Position numbers and translations under genes: made by a program. DNA of 64,000 nucleotides. It comes from Candidatus Latescibacterota bacterium (GTDB lineage: Bacteria > Latescibacterota > UBA2968 > UBA8231). Where the stretch lies: the NCBI GenBank assembly GCA_965248355.1, contig OZ252098.1:2240001-2304000 (forward strand), read 5' to 3'. The notes beneath the pieces were generated by a model. That model did not search any database. It was not told where the DNA came from and was given only the letters and a program-made list of their open reading frames with translations. The first letter of the stretch is position 1. Each line of letters begins with the position of its first letter. Positions 1 to 9,386 of the stretch are shown here, piece after piece.

Positions 1-170
1 GCACCTACAGGCTGTCCGCCTTCGTCGACCGGGACGGAGACGGAGAACACGGCGTCGGCCGCCTCGACCCCTACGCGCCGGCCGAACCGATCGCCGTGGG
101 CCGAGAGCTGGTCCTGGAGCGCGGTCAGGGACTGTGGGTCGAGGTGCCGGAGGCGGCCCCGGCCCCATGA
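1..170 (+). CDS. 3' end of an exported protein (Ig-like/DUF2141-like C-terminus), truncated by the window edge
   Basis: Frame from nt 3 reads TYRLSAFVDRDGDGEHGVGRLDPYAPAEP...; TGA at 168-170 overlaps the next ATG (ATGA). Confidence 0.5.
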   Translation, partial: TYRLSAFVDRDGDGEHGVGRLDPYAPAEPIAVGRELVLERGQGLWVEVPEAAPAP

Positions 171-556
171 GCGAAGCCACCTCCCGTCCCGCCCCTCGCT
201 GGTGGCCCTGGCTGGAGACAACCCTCCTCGTGGCCCTCCTGGCCGGCATCGGCATCGTCCGATTCTCCCGGCTGACGGTGGCCGAGAGGCTGGCGATCCA
301 GTTGGAGGCGGGCCTGCGGCAGCTCTACGAGATGGAGATCGACCACCTGCGGCGCCACGGGCGCTACTTCCCCCCGCGTGATCCGGCCTACGGCCGCTAC
401 ATGCCCTGGATGCGGCTCTACGAGATCGAGGCCCGCCACGAGGACCGGGAGTCGTTCTTCCTCGTCGTGCGCGCCGACTTCGACCGCGACGGGCGGCCCG
501 GCGTCTGGCGGATCGATCAGTCCTCCCCGGAGGTGCAGCGGCTGCAGGAGGACTGA
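167..556 (+). CDS. Small membrane-anchored, type IV pilin-like protein
   Basis: ATGA coupling; N-terminal hydrophobic helix (WLETTLLVALLAGIGIVRF); C-terminal ADFDRDGRPGVWRID resembles pilin globular ends. Confidence 0.5.
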   Translation: MSEATSRPAPRWWPWLETTLLVALLAGIGIVRFSRLTVAERLAIQLEAGLRQLYEMEIDHLRRHGRYFPPRDPAYGRYMPWMRLYEIEARHEDRESFFLVVRADFDRDGRPGVWRIDQSSPEVQRLQED

Positions 557-593
557 GAGCTCCGGGGCTGGCTGCGCGCCGAACGGTCGCCGG

Positions 594-1475
594 TCAGCGC
601 GGATGCAGGCGCGGCTCGGCGGTGATCCCGGCCGGGTAGGTGCCCACCACGTGGAGACTGGCCACGAGGGCGTCGATCTCCCGCAGCGCACCGGCGGCCG
701 GCTCGGTCCGGGCGTCGGCGGCGACGTCGAGGTAGACCAGGTAGGCCCAGGGACGGCCCACCCGCTTGTGGGTCTCCACCTTCAGGACTTCCAGTCCCCC
801 CCGGGCCAGCGGTCCGAGGACGGCGGGCAGGCCCGCGGCGGTGTGCTCCATCTCGAGGATCACCGTCGTCTTTGGGGAGCCGCCCGCTCCGGTCCCCTCG
901 CCGAGGACGAAGAAGCGGGTGAAGTTGTCCCGGCCGGCCAGGTCGCGGGCCAGGACCTGCATGCCGTTGTCCTCGGCCGCCTGGGCCGTGGCGATGGCCG
1001 CCTCGTCGGACCGTCCCTCCGCCTTGACCATCATGACCGCGCCGGCCGTGTCGTACACCGGCTCCACATCGACCTGAAGGCCGTCGAGGAACTCCCGGCA
1101 CTGGGCCAGGGCCTGGGGGTGGGAGCGGATGCGGCGCAGGTCCTCGAGACGCGTCCCCGCGTGGGCGATCAGGTGGTGGCCGATGCGCAGGCGGATCTCG
1201 CCGCACACCGGCAGCGGCTGCTCGCGGAGCAGGTCCCACACCTCGTGGATGCTGCCGGCCAGGGAGTTCTCCACCGGCGCCACGGCGGCCTCCGCGCGCC
1301 GGCCGGCGAGGGCGGAGAACAGGGCGGCGAAGGTGCGGCAGGGCAGTACGTCGACCTTCCTGCCGTCGAAGTACTCCCGCGCGGCCAGCTCGCTGTTGCT
1401 GCCCAGCTCTCCCTGGATGGCCACGGTGAGGGCGGCGTCGGAGCGGTGCCCCGGGGGGGTGGCTGGACCCTGCAT
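594..1475 (-). CDS. pheA: Prephenate dehydratase (PDT + ACT)
   Basis: AIQGELGSNSE, PVENSLAGSI, SHPQALAQC, NFTRFFVL motifs and C-terminal ACT domain. Confidence 0.92.
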   Translation of the reverse strand: MQGPATPPGHRSDAALTVAIQGELGSNSELAAREYFDGRKVDVLPCRTFAALFSALAGRRAEAAVAPVENSLAGSIHEVWDLLREQPLPVCGEIRLRIGHHLIAHAGTRLEDLRRIRSHPQALAQCREFLDGLQVDVEPVYDTAGAVMMVKAEGRSDEAAIATAQAAEDNGMQVLARDLAGRDNFTRFFVLGEGTGAGGSPKTTVILEMEHTAAGLPAVLGPLARGGLEVLKVETHKRVGRPWAYLVYLDVAADARTEPAAGALREIDALVASLHVVGTYPAGITAEPRLHPR

Positions 1476-1505
1476 GCGGTGAATATAGGCAACGCAAGTG
1501 CCGCG

Positions 1506-1534
1506 TTGACAGGGACTTGCCTGCCCGGTAGGTT
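1506..1534 (+). promoter_or_regulatory. sigma70-type promoter for the tRNA pair
   Basis: TTGACA (1506-1511), 17 nt spacer, TAGGTT (1529-1534), just upstream of tRNA-Cys. Confidence 0.65.
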
Positions 1535-1551
1535 CTGCCTGCCCGAATTCC

Positions 1552-1625
1552 GGCGGCGTGGCCAAGTGGTAAGGCAAGGGCCTGCAAAGCCCATATCCCC
1601 GGTTCGATTCCGGGCGCCGCCTCCA
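1552..1625 (+). tRNA. tRNA-Cys (GCA)
   Basis: GGCGGCG acceptor stem, D-arm TGGCCAAGTGGTAAGGCA, anticodon loop CTGCAAA, GGTTCGATTCC T-arm, encoded CCA. Confidence 0.97.
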
Positions 1626-1635
1626 GACCTCCAAC

Positions 1636-1674
1636 GGCCTCGTCCGCATCCCAGGCGGGTGAGGCCCTTTTTTT
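1636..1674 (+). terminator. Intrinsic terminator-like hairpin between the two tRNAs
   Basis: GGCCTCGTCCGC-7 nt loop-GCGGGTGAGGCC (12 bp, 2 G:U) followed by C-T7. Confidence 0.65.
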
Positions 1675-1696
1675 GTTGCTACCTTTCCATGCGACG

Positions 1697-1783
1697 GCCG
1701 GGGTGGCGGAACGGTAGACGCAGCGGACTTAAAATCCGCCGGGCCGCAGGCCTGTAGGGGTTCGAATCCCCTCCCCGGCACCA
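1697..1783 (+). tRNA. tRNA-Leu (TAA)
   Basis: GCCGGGG/CCCCGGC acceptor stem, anticodon loop CTTAAAA, long variable arm, GGTTCGAATCC, CCA end. Confidence 0.97.
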
Positions 1784-1819
1784 CAACCGCAGGCTCTCGG
1801 ACCCAGGACGGACAGACTG

Positions 1820-3343
1820 ATGAACAGCCACCCCTGCTCACTCGACGACGGCGTCCGGGCCCGCTTCGTGGCCGACGGCTATCTCACGGTGCGCACCACC
1901 CTGCCGGCCGACTTCCACTCCGACCTCTACCGGCGCATCGACGAGGTCTTCGAGAAGGAGGGCAACCCGGGCAACAACATCCTGCCGCGGCTGCCCGGGA
2001 TCCGGCGGGTCTTCGACGACCCGGCCGTGACCGGCGCCCTCGAGAGCCTCCTCGGCGCCGGGTACGTGATGAACCCCCACCGCCACTGCCACCTGAATCC
2101 CCCCGGCGCCCCGGGCCAGTCGTGGCACAAGGACTGCTACGTCTTCGACCACAACCTCCGCCACCCCCGCTTCCGGTGGGTCCTCGCCTTCTACTATCCC
2201 CAGGACGTGACCGCCGACATGGGGCCCACCGGCGTCATGCCGGGCCAGCAGTGGTACCGCACGATCTCCGACCCCGACCCGGCGAAGGCCACCGAGACGG
2301 AGCAGCCGCTGCTGGGCGAGGCGGGCACGGTGGCGATCGTCCACTTCGACAGCTGGCACCGGGCCACGGCCAACCGCAGCGGCCGCAAGCGCTACATGCT
2401 CAAGTTCCAGTTCGCGCGCACCGCCGAGCCGGCCGCAGCGGAAGCCGCCGACGGCCGGCTGTCATGGGAGGAGAGCGGGGCCGTCTGCTCCGACGTGTGG
2501 CGCTGGCTCTCGGAGGCCGGCAACGGGGCCGCGGCCGGTTCAGAGGAGCCCATCGGGGCCTGGGTCGACGGGCTGGCTTCGGCCTCGGCCGCCGAGCGGG
2601 CCCGGGCGGCGGACCGCATCGCCCTCTCCGGGGCCGCGGCGGACGCCGTGCCCGCCCTGGCGCGGGCCCTGGAGGACGAGGCGGAGCCGGTGCGCCTGAA
2701 CGCCGCCTACGCCCTGGCCGGCGCCGGGGACGGTCCCGGGATCCTCGCCGGCAGCCTGCGCCGCGAGGCGGCCGCCTCCGAGGAGCTGGCCACGGCCAAG
2801 ACCGCCGACAACGCCCACGGCACGAATCCCACGGCACCCGCCGCCGCCCATGCCCTGGCCCTGGCGCCGGGGGGCGACGAAGCGGCGGCCGATCTGTTGC
2901 GGGACGAGCACTGGCTGGTGCGGGCCTCGGCGGCGGGGGCCCTGGGCAACATGGGGCCGGGGGCGGCCCCCCACGAGCCGGACCTGTGCGCGGCCACCGC
3001 CGACGGGCACTGGTGGGTGCGGCGCAACGCCCTGGAGGCCCTCGGCCGGCTTCCGGATCCCGGCGACGACGCTCGGGAGGCGGCCGCCCGGTGCCTGCGA
3101 GACGAGGACTACCGGGTCCGCCGGAACGCCGCCATCGCCCTGCGCCACCCCGCGGCGCCTGCACCGGAGACGGTGCCGGCCCTGGTGGAGATGCTGCGGG
3201 ACGAGGACCGCTACAACCGCTTCTACGCCGCCGACGCCCTGCGCCGCCTGGCGCCCGTCTCACCGGAAGCCGAGACCAGCCTCATGGACCACCTGTTCAC
3301 GTCGCGCTGGTGTCCGCTCACGACTCCCGAGAGCCGCTACTGA
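1820..3343 (+). CDS. Phytanoyl-CoA dioxygenase (PhyH)-family Fe(II)/2OG domain fused to HEAT repeats
   Basis: WHKD...WH facial triad, DMGPTGVMPG; repeated 'D...VRxNAAxAL' HEAT units in the C-terminal half. Confidence 0.85.
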   Translation: MNSHPCSLDDGVRARFVADGYLTVRTTLPADFHSDLYRRIDEVFEKEGNPGNNILPRLPGIRRVFDDPAVTGALESLLGAGYVMNPHRHCHLNPPGAPGQSWHKDCYVFDHNLRHPRFRWVLAFYYPQDVTADMGPTGVMPGQQWYRTISDPDPAKATETEQPLLGEAGTVAIVHFDSWHRATANRSGRKRYMLKFQFARTAEPAAAEAADGRLSWEESGAVCSDVWRWLSEAGNGAAAGSEEPIGAWVDGLASASAAERARAADRIALSGAAADAVPALARALEDEAEPVRLNAAYALAGAGDGPGILAGSLRREAAASEELATAKTADNAHGTNPTAPAAAHALALAPGGDEAAADLLRDEHWLVRASAAGALGNMGPGAAPHEPDLCAATADGHWWVRRNALEALGRLPDPGDDAREAAARCLRDEDYRVRRNAAIALRHPAAPAPETVPALVEMLRDEDRYNRFYAADALRRLAPVSPEAETSLMDHLFTSRWCPLTTPESRY

Positions 3344-3373
3344 GCTGAGGCGCCGGCGCCCCCCCGAGGACTG

Positions 3374-4159
3374 CTAGCGCTTGAGGATCCCGCCGTTGAC
3401 GTCGAGGGTGGCGCCGGTGATGTAGGCGGCCATGGGCGAGGCCAGGAAGAGCGCCGCGTGGGCGATCTCCACCGGCTCCCCGAGCCGCCCGAGAGGGATC
3501 AGCCCGGTCACGTGGGCCCGCTGCTGGTCGGTGAGCAGGTCCGGATCGGCGTCGATCTGCCCGGGTGAGATGGAGTTGACCGTGACCCCCGCCGGCGCCA
3601 GGTCGCGCGCCAGGGTCTTGGTCATGGCCGCCAGACCGCCCTTCGAGGCGGTGTAGTTGACGCCGCCGCTGACGCCGCCGGTCTGGGCGCTGACCGAGGT
3701 GATGTTGATGATTCGGCCGCCGCCTTGGCGCTTCATGATCGGCGCCGCGGCGCGGCTGCACAGGTACGGGCCGGTGAGGTTGGCGGCGATCACCCGGTCC
3801 CAGGCCTCCGGCTCGATCTCCTCCAAAGGCGCGAACTGGATGAGGCCGGCGTTGTTGACGAGCACGTCCAGACGGCCCCAGGTGCCGGCGATGCGCTGCA
3901 CCGCCGCCTGCACCTGGGCCTCGACGCCCACATCGGTGGGCAGGACGAGGGCGGCCTCAGGACCGATCTCGCCGGCCACCTCCCGCAGCTGATCGGCGCT
4001 GCGCGCCGCCAGGGCCACGCGGGCGCCGGCGCGGGCGAAGGTCACGGCCATGGCGCGGCCGATGCCGCGGCCGGCGCCGGTGACCAGCACCACCTTGCCT
4101 GAGAAGTCCAGCAGCGAGCGGATGTCGTCGTGCACGTCCTGTCCTCTCCCGTCCGTCAT
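3374..4159 (-). CDS. SDR family oxidoreductase (FabG-like)
   Basis: TGAGRGIG, NNAG, YTASK. Confidence 0.92.
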   Translation of the reverse strand: MTDGRGQDVHDDIRSLLDFSGKVVLVTGAGRGIGRAMAVTFARAGARVALAARSADQLREVAGEIGPEAALVLPTDVGVEAQVQAAVQRIAGTWGRLDVLVNNAGLIQFAPLEEIEPEAWDRVIAANLTGPYLCSRAAAPIMKRQGGGRIINITSVSAQTGGVSGGVNYTASKGGLAAMTKTLARDLAPAGVTVNSISPGQIDADPDLLTDQQRAHVTGLIPLGRLGEPVEIAHAALFLASPMAAYITGATLDVNGGILKR

Positions 4160-4932
4160 CCCCGCAGGCCGGGGATCTCCATGAAACGCCCGTTGTCCTG
4201 GCAGGCGATCTGGCCGCCGTCGACGATGACGTCCTGTCCGGTGAGGAAGGCGGCTTCGTCGGAGAGCAGGAAGGCGATGACGGCGGCGATGTCCTCGGCG
4301 GTGCCGTAGCGGTTCAGGGGGATCTGCTTCAGGTAGGCCGCCTTGAACAGGGGCTCCTCGACCTCGGGCGTCGCCGGCGTCGAGATCACCCCGGGGGAGA
4401 CGGCGTTGACGCGGATGCGGTGCCGGGCGAACTCCCCGGCGGCGGTGCGCATCAGGCCGACGAGGGCCGCCTTCGAGGCGTCGTAGGCGGCGTTGTTGGT
4501 GCTCGACCGGTAGGCGTTGCGGCTGGCCACGCAGACCACGGCACCGCCGCCGCCGCCGGCCATCACCGGCGCCAGGGCCCGCAAAAAGGCGAAGGGCGAG
4601 GTGACGTTGACCGCGAGGTTGAGGTTCCAGACCTCGTCGCTCAGGTCGACGATGGGGCCGCCGGGCCAGACGCCGGCGTTGAGGACCAGACGGGTCACGG
4701 GACCGTGCCGCTGAACGAGGCCGCGCAGCAGGTCGCCGGTGCCGGCGATGTCGGTGAGGTCGAACTCGCAGGTCGCCAGCCCGCCTCCCGCCCTTTCCTC
4801 CCCGGCCAGCCGGGCGAGACCTTCGCCGTCGAGGTCGAGGGCGATGACGCGCAGGCCGTCCTCGAGGAGCCGCGTGACCGTGGCCCGGCCGATGCCGCCG
4901 GCGGCGCCGGTCACCAGGGCCAGGGGGCTCAC
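4156..4932 (-). CDS. SDR family oxidoreductase
   Basis: TGAAGGIG, LNAG, YDASK; GTG start overlapping upstream stop. Confidence 0.9.
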   Translation of the reverse strand: MSPLALVTGAAGGIGRATVTRLLEDGLRVIALDLDGEGLARLAGEERAGGGLATCEFDLTDIAGTGDLLRGLVQRHGPVTRLVLNAGVWPGGPIVDLSDEVWNLNLAVNVTSPFAFLRALAPVMAGGGGGAVVCVASRNAYRSSTNNAAYDASKAALVGLMRTAAGEFARHRIRVNAVSPGVISTPATPEVEEPLFKAAYLKQIPLNRYGTAEDIAAVIAFLLSDEAAFLTGQDVIVDGGQIACQDNGRFMEIPGLRG

Positions 4933-5393
4933 CGGCGCACCAGGTCCTCGTACTCCTCGAAGAGCTCGACGGTGATGCCGTCGGGATCGAGGGCGTAGAA
5001 GGCGCGGGCCACGACGAAGCCGCCGCGCTCGACGTCGACGGGAGGGCTGGTGGAAGAGTACCCCGCCGCGATCAGGGATTCGTACAGGGCGTCGATGCCC
5101 TCCACCTCGAAGGCCACGTGGGAGGCGCCGACGAAGGGGTTGGCCAGGGGCCGCACCTGGCCCGGCGGGTTGACGTACTCGAACAGCTCCAGGAGGAACT
5201 CGTTCACCGGGTGGCGCAGGAGGGCGACGTCGAGGGCGATGTCGTCGTAGCCGATCATGCGGTCGTACGACGGCAGGTTGCGGCGCTCGGAGACGCGCAG
5301 CAACTCAAGCCCGAGGAGGTCCCGGTAGAAGGGAATCGATCGCTCGAGGCTGGAGACGGTGAAACCGTGGTGATGGCAGGCCTTCAGGGTCAT
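4929..5393 (-). CDS. VOC/glyoxalase family protein
   Basis: HHHGFTVSSLERSIPFY...LELFEY...HVAFEV...DPDGITVELFE; true start MTLKA at 5393. Confidence 0.88.
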   Translation of the reverse strand: MTLKACHHHGFTVSSLERSIPFYRDLLGLELLRVSERRNLPSYDRMIGYDDIALDVALLRHPVNEFLLELFEYVNPPGQVRPLANPFVGASHVAFEVEGIDALYESLIAAGYSSTSPPVDVERGGFVVARAFYALDPDGITVELFEEYEDLVRR

Positions 5394-6409
5394 ATGGGCG
5401 GCAGCTCCGGGACCGCCTCGGCGGCGCCGCTGGCCTGGGCCCGCCGGGCGGTCTCGGCGATGGCCACGGCCTCCACGGCATCGCGCAGGATCGGCGGCGA
5501 GGCGTTGGCGTGGACCATGCCGCGCACCTTGCGCAGGATGTCGGCGGCGCCGAAGGGAAAGTCGAAGTCGCTCATCGGCGGCGAGTGCACGGCGCCGCCG
5601 GGCCCGTAGGCGCTGGCGTGGAAGGCGCAGTGCCAGGGCGTGCCCACGTCGCAGCTCACGGTGACTCCGCGGGCGGGGCGGTCCGGGCGGTCCCCGTAGT
5701 CGAGGTGGAAGGTGTGCAGCTCGGTCTCGCCCATGCAGCGCACGGACTTGACGCCGCCGCCGAAGAGCAGCTGGGCGAGGCTGACGGCGTGGATGTGTCC
5801 GGCCAGGGTGGTGCCGCCGCCCTGGATCGTGCCGAACTGCAGCGGCCCCACCTCCGGCAGGCGGCTGCGGAACCGCGCCGCCACCGGCAGCACGCGCAGG
5901 ATCGAGATCGAGCACAAGGGGGCGGCGTGGCCCTCGGCCAGCTGCACGATCTCCAGCGCGTCTTCGGTGGTGTAGGCCATGGGCTTGTCGACGAAGGTGG
6001 GCACCCCCTTGCGCAGCCCGGGCCGGGCCAGGGCCAGGTGGTCGCTGCCATCGCCGTTGCAGTCGGCCACGAAGACGAGGTCCACGTCGTCGCTGACCTG
6101 CTCCGGGCGGTCGCAGACGCGGGGACTCTCATGGAAGACCGAGGCCAGGCACTCGGCCGCGTCCCGGTGCTCGTCCCACACCCTGGCCAGGGTGAAGCCG
6201 TCGACCCGCTCCACCGTCATCTGGGCCGGGCTGGCGTAGTTGGTGTAGAAGTAGAAGTGGGCGCCGCCCGTCTGCCACGAGTAGCGGGCGGACTGTCTCG
6301 ACGACAGGGGCCGTTGCAGGCGGAGGGGATCGTGGTCGGCGAACAGGCCGGCGTAGTAGGCGCCGTGGGTGTCGCAGCGGATGAGGCCGACGCGGATCGG
6401 AGCGTCCAT
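5390..6409 (-). CDS. Gfo/Idh/MocA family oxidoreductase
   Basis: N-terminal IRVGLI, DHLALARPGLRKGVPTFVDKP motif. Confidence 0.82.
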   Translation of the reverse strand: MDAPIRVGLIRCDTHGAYYAGLFADHDPLRLQRPLSSRQSARYSWQTGGAHFYFYTNYASPAQMTVERVDGFTLARVWDEHRDAAECLASVFHESPRVCDRPEQVSDDVDLVFVADCNGDGSDHLALARPGLRKGVPTFVDKPMAYTTEDALEIVQLAEGHAAPLCSISILRVLPVAARFRSRLPEVGPLQFGTIQGGGTTLAGHIHAVSLAQLLFGGGVKSVRCMGETELHTFHLDYGDRPDRPARGVTVSCDVGTPWHCAFHASAYGPGGAVHSPPMSDFDFPFGAADILRKVRGMVHANASPPILRDAVEAVAIAETARRAQASGAAEAVPELPPI

Positions 6410-6441
6410 GGGACACAACCAAGGCCACGGTCGGGGACCGG

Positions 6442-6691
6442 GCAAGGTACCGGAAGGCTTGCCCGTGTGGGGGCCCGCGGCGGCAGCAGGGCTGGTGGAT
6501 CACCGTGGCCCAGGGCGGCAACATCCGCAGGGCCGACACGCCGGTCCGCCTCACCCGGCGGATGGCCCATCACTTCCTGCAGGCGCCGCAACTACGTGCA
6601 GTTCCAGATCTGGCAGCCCTGCGGGATCCGGCCTTTCGAGTTGGAGGACGAGACGCCGGAGCTGGGCCGGGTGCGCTGGCCGGTGCGTTGA
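6442..6691 (+). pseudogene. Collapsed remnant of a PcfJ-domain-like gene
   Basis: Segments WWITVAQGGNIRRADTPVRLTRRMAHHFLQAP and WQPCGIRPFELEDE...VRW in different frames, no start; recalled similarity only. Confidence 0.4.
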
Positions 6692-6772
6692 CAAGGGCGC
6701 TCTGGCCACTCCAAAGTTGGGGCCGCACGGAGGGAAGGATCACCCGCACCGGGCATGGGAAGGGAGAAGCAG

Positions 6773-7519
6773 ATGGCGGCAGGCAAGGTGGCACTGATCA
6801 CGGGCGGCGGTTCGGGCATCGGCAAGGCGGCGGCCCTGGCCCTGGCCGAGGAGGGTTTTGCCGTGGTCCTGGCGGGACGCCGGTCCGAGCTGCTGGAGGA
6901 GGCCGCCTCCGAGGCCGCGGGAGAGGCCCTCGCCGTGCCCACGGACGTGGCCGACCCCGCTTCGATCCGGGACCTCTTCGCCCGCGCGAGGGAGACCTTC
7001 GGCCGGCTCGACCTGCTGTTCAACAACGCCGGCATCGGCGCTCCCGCCGTCCCCCTGGAGGAGCTGAGCTACGAGCAGTGGACGGGGGTGGTGAACGTGA
7101 ATCTCACGGGGGTCTTCCTGTGCACCCAGGAGGCCTTCCGCATCATGAAGGACCAGGATCCCCGCGGCGGGCGCATCATCAACAACGGCTCGGTCTCGGC
7201 CCACGTGCCGCGGCCGAACTCCGCTCCCTACACGGCCACCAAGCACGCCGTCACCGGGCTCACGCGGTCCACCTCCCTCGACGGCCGCAAGTACGGCATC
7301 GCCTGCGGTCAGATCGACATCGGCAACGCCGAGACCCAGATGACCCAGCGCATGCAGGGCGGGGTGCCCCAGGCCGGCGGCCAGGACATGGTGGAGCCCC
7401 GGATGCACGTGGACAACGTGTCCCGGGCCATCGTCTACATGGCCAGCCTGCCGCTGGACGCGAACGTGCAGTTCATCACCGTCATGGCCACGACCATGCC
7501 GTATATCGGGCGGGGTTAG
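6773..7519 (+). CDS. SDR family oxidoreductase
   Basis: [27 protein letters not shown]; alternative start 6755. Confidence 0.92.
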   Translation: MAAGKVALITGGGSGIGKAAALALAEEGFAVVLAGRRSELLEEAASEAAGEALAVPTDVADPASIRDLFARARETFGRLDLLFNNAGIGAPAVPLEELSYEQWTGVVNVNLTGVFLCTQEAFRIMKDQDPRGGRIINNGSVSAHVPRPNSAPYTATKHAVTGLTRSTSLDGRKYGIACGQIDIGNAETQMTQRMQGGVPQAGGQDMVEPRMHVDNVSRAIVYMASLPLDANVQFITVMATTMPYIGRG

Positions 7520-7720
7520 GCGCGTGCCGCAGGCCGGCGGCCGAGTGGACGTCGACGGTGGCGCCGCGATCGATGAGAAAGTCGGCCAGACCGCCGCGGT
7601 GCAGGTCGCGGGGGTGCCCCGAGTTCAGCGCCGTGAAGCCGCCCGCCCACCAGCGGCTCTTCTGGTCCACGAAGGACAGGAGCAGGTCGATCAGGTCCCG
7701 GTCGTACGTGGGGACCTCCT
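7520..7720 (-). pseudogene. Internal fragment of an ankyrin-repeat gene
   Basis: RDLIDLLLSFVDQKSRWWAGGFTAL...LADFLIDRGATVDVHSAAGL, without proper start or end. Confidence 0.5.
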
Positions 7721-7741
7721 TGCGGAAAGGGACGGAGACAC

Positions 7742-8602
7742 ATGCGAATCTACTTGATGACCGATCTCGAGGGAGTGGCGGGCGTGCAGAACTCGCTGGA
7801 TTGGACGCGGCCGGGGCAGTACTGGTACGACCTGGCCCGCCAGCTCCTGACCCAGGAGGTCAACGCCGCGCTGGACGGGTTCTTCGCCGCCGGGGCCGAC
7901 GAGGTCCTCGTGGCCGACGGCCACGGGCCGAGCGCCGTGGACGTGCAGGACCTCGATCCCCGCGCCGAGTACATGCGCGGCTGGCCCGAGCAGTGGCCCC
8001 TCGGCCTGGAGGAAGGCGGCTACGACTACCTCGCCTTCGTCGGCCAGCACGCCAAATCGCGCACGCCTTTCTCCAACATGACCCACACCCAGTCCTACCG
8101 CACCCTGGAGCTGTCGGTCAACGGCACCGCCGTGGGCGAGTTCGGACAGATCGCCATGTGCGCCAGCCAGCTCGGCGTGCGCACCATCTTCGCGGCCGGC
8201 GAGAAGGCCCTGGCCGAGGAGGCCGAGGCCCTGGTGCCCGGCATGGAGACGGTGTGGGTGAAGCGGGGCACGAGATCGGGCCGCGGCGACGAGTGTTCCG
8301 AGGACCAGTACCGGGCGCGCAACGTCAGCGCCATCCACTTCCATCCGGAGCGGGCCCAGGCCCTCATCCGGGCCGGCGCGGTCACCGCCGTGCGCCGCGC
8401 CGAAGGCGACGACGGCTTCGGCATCATCCCCCTCCAACCGCCCTTCCGGGGCACCTTCGTGCAGCGGCCGTGGACGGAGGAGCCGCGGCGCCTGTACTGC
8501 CTGCGCGAGCACCCGGAGAGCGTGGCGGCCATGATGAACCAGTCCCAGGAGTGGCAGCCGGTGGCCAACGAGGACCACCTGCGCGAGCTGCTCGTCGACT
8601 GA
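7742..8602 (+). CDS. M55 family metallopeptidase (DppA D-aminopeptidase-like)
   Basis: MTDLEGVAGV, ADGHG, FVGQHA, THT, GEFG. Confidence 0.9.
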   Translation: MRIYLMTDLEGVAGVQNSLDWTRPGQYWYDLARQLLTQEVNAALDGFFAAGADEVLVADGHGPSAVDVQDLDPRAEYMRGWPEQWPLGLEEGGYDYLAFVGQHAKSRTPFSNMTHTQSYRTLELSVNGTAVGEFGQIAMCASQLGVRTIFAAGEKALAEEAEALVPGMETVWVKRGTRSGRGDECSEDQYRARNVSAIHFHPERAQALIRAGAVTAVRRAEGDDGFGIIPLQPPFRGTFVQRPWTEEPRRLYCLREHPESVAAMMNQSQEWQPVANEDHLRELLVD

Positions 8603-8627
8603 CCGACAACAGGAAAAGAGGAGAAGC

Positions 8628-9323
8628 ATGCGAGTACTGATCACCGGCTCCGCCGGAGCCATCGGATCGACCCTCGTCGAGGGCCTGAAGGAGCGTCACC
8701 AGGTGCGCGGCTACGACCGCGAGCCCACCCCCGGGATCGAGGACTTCGTCGTCGGCGACATCGTCGACGCGGAGAAGGTGCGGGACGCCGCCGCCGGCAT
8801 GGAGGCGATCATCCACCTGGTCAACGTGCCGGGAGGGCAATGGGAGCACGCCCTGCAGAACATGATCGGCACCTACAACGTGCTGGAGGCGGCCCGTCAC
8901 CACGGCGCCAAACGCGTCGCCTACGCCAGCCGCGCCGGGGTGCTGCCCCAGTCGTACTACCCGCGCTCCATTCAACGCACCGCCCACATGCCCACGCGGC
9001 CCGACAGCTACTACTCGGTGACCAAGGTCTTCGCCGAGAACATCGGCTACATGTACACGTCCCGTTTCGACCTGGAGTTCGTCGGCGTGCGCATCGGCAA
9101 CTTCAACCAAAACCGGCCCGACCCGGAGCATCCCCACCACCTCGGCCACGCCGACTGCGTGCGCCTCTTCGAGCAGGCCATCACCCATCCGGACGTCGGC
9201 TTCGAGGTCGTCTTCGGCGTCTCCGACAGCGACTGGCCCCTGTACGACCTCGACCACGGACGGCGGGCGATCGGCTACCACCCACAGGACCGCTCGGAGG
9301 TGCCCGAGGACAAGCGCGTCTGA
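8628..9323 (+). CDS. NAD-dependent epimerase/dehydratase (uronate dehydrogenase-like)
   Basis: TGSAGAIG, PDSYYSVTKVFAE, VRIG, FGVS. Confidence 0.85.
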   Translation: MRVLITGSAGAIGSTLVEGLKERHQVRGYDREPTPGIEDFVVGDIVDAEKVRDAAAGMEAIIHLVNVPGGQWEHALQNMIGTYNVLEAARHHGAKRVAYASRAGVLPQSYYPRSIQRTAHMPTRPDSYYSVTKVFAENIGYMYTSRFDLEFVGVRIGNFNQNRPDPEHPHHLGHADCVRLFEQAITHPDVGFEVVFGVSDSDWPLYDLDHGRRAIGYHPQDRSEVPEDKRV

Positions 9324-9386
9324 GTCGATTACCCCCAGGTCGGGCCGGCGGAAAGCGCGTCCGGGCAGCCGCCGGACCGCTACTCC

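Noticed and set aside
1552..1820. tRNAs as an integration site
   Set aside because: No integrase and no duplicated tRNA 3' end seen in the window; downstream DNA has host-like GC
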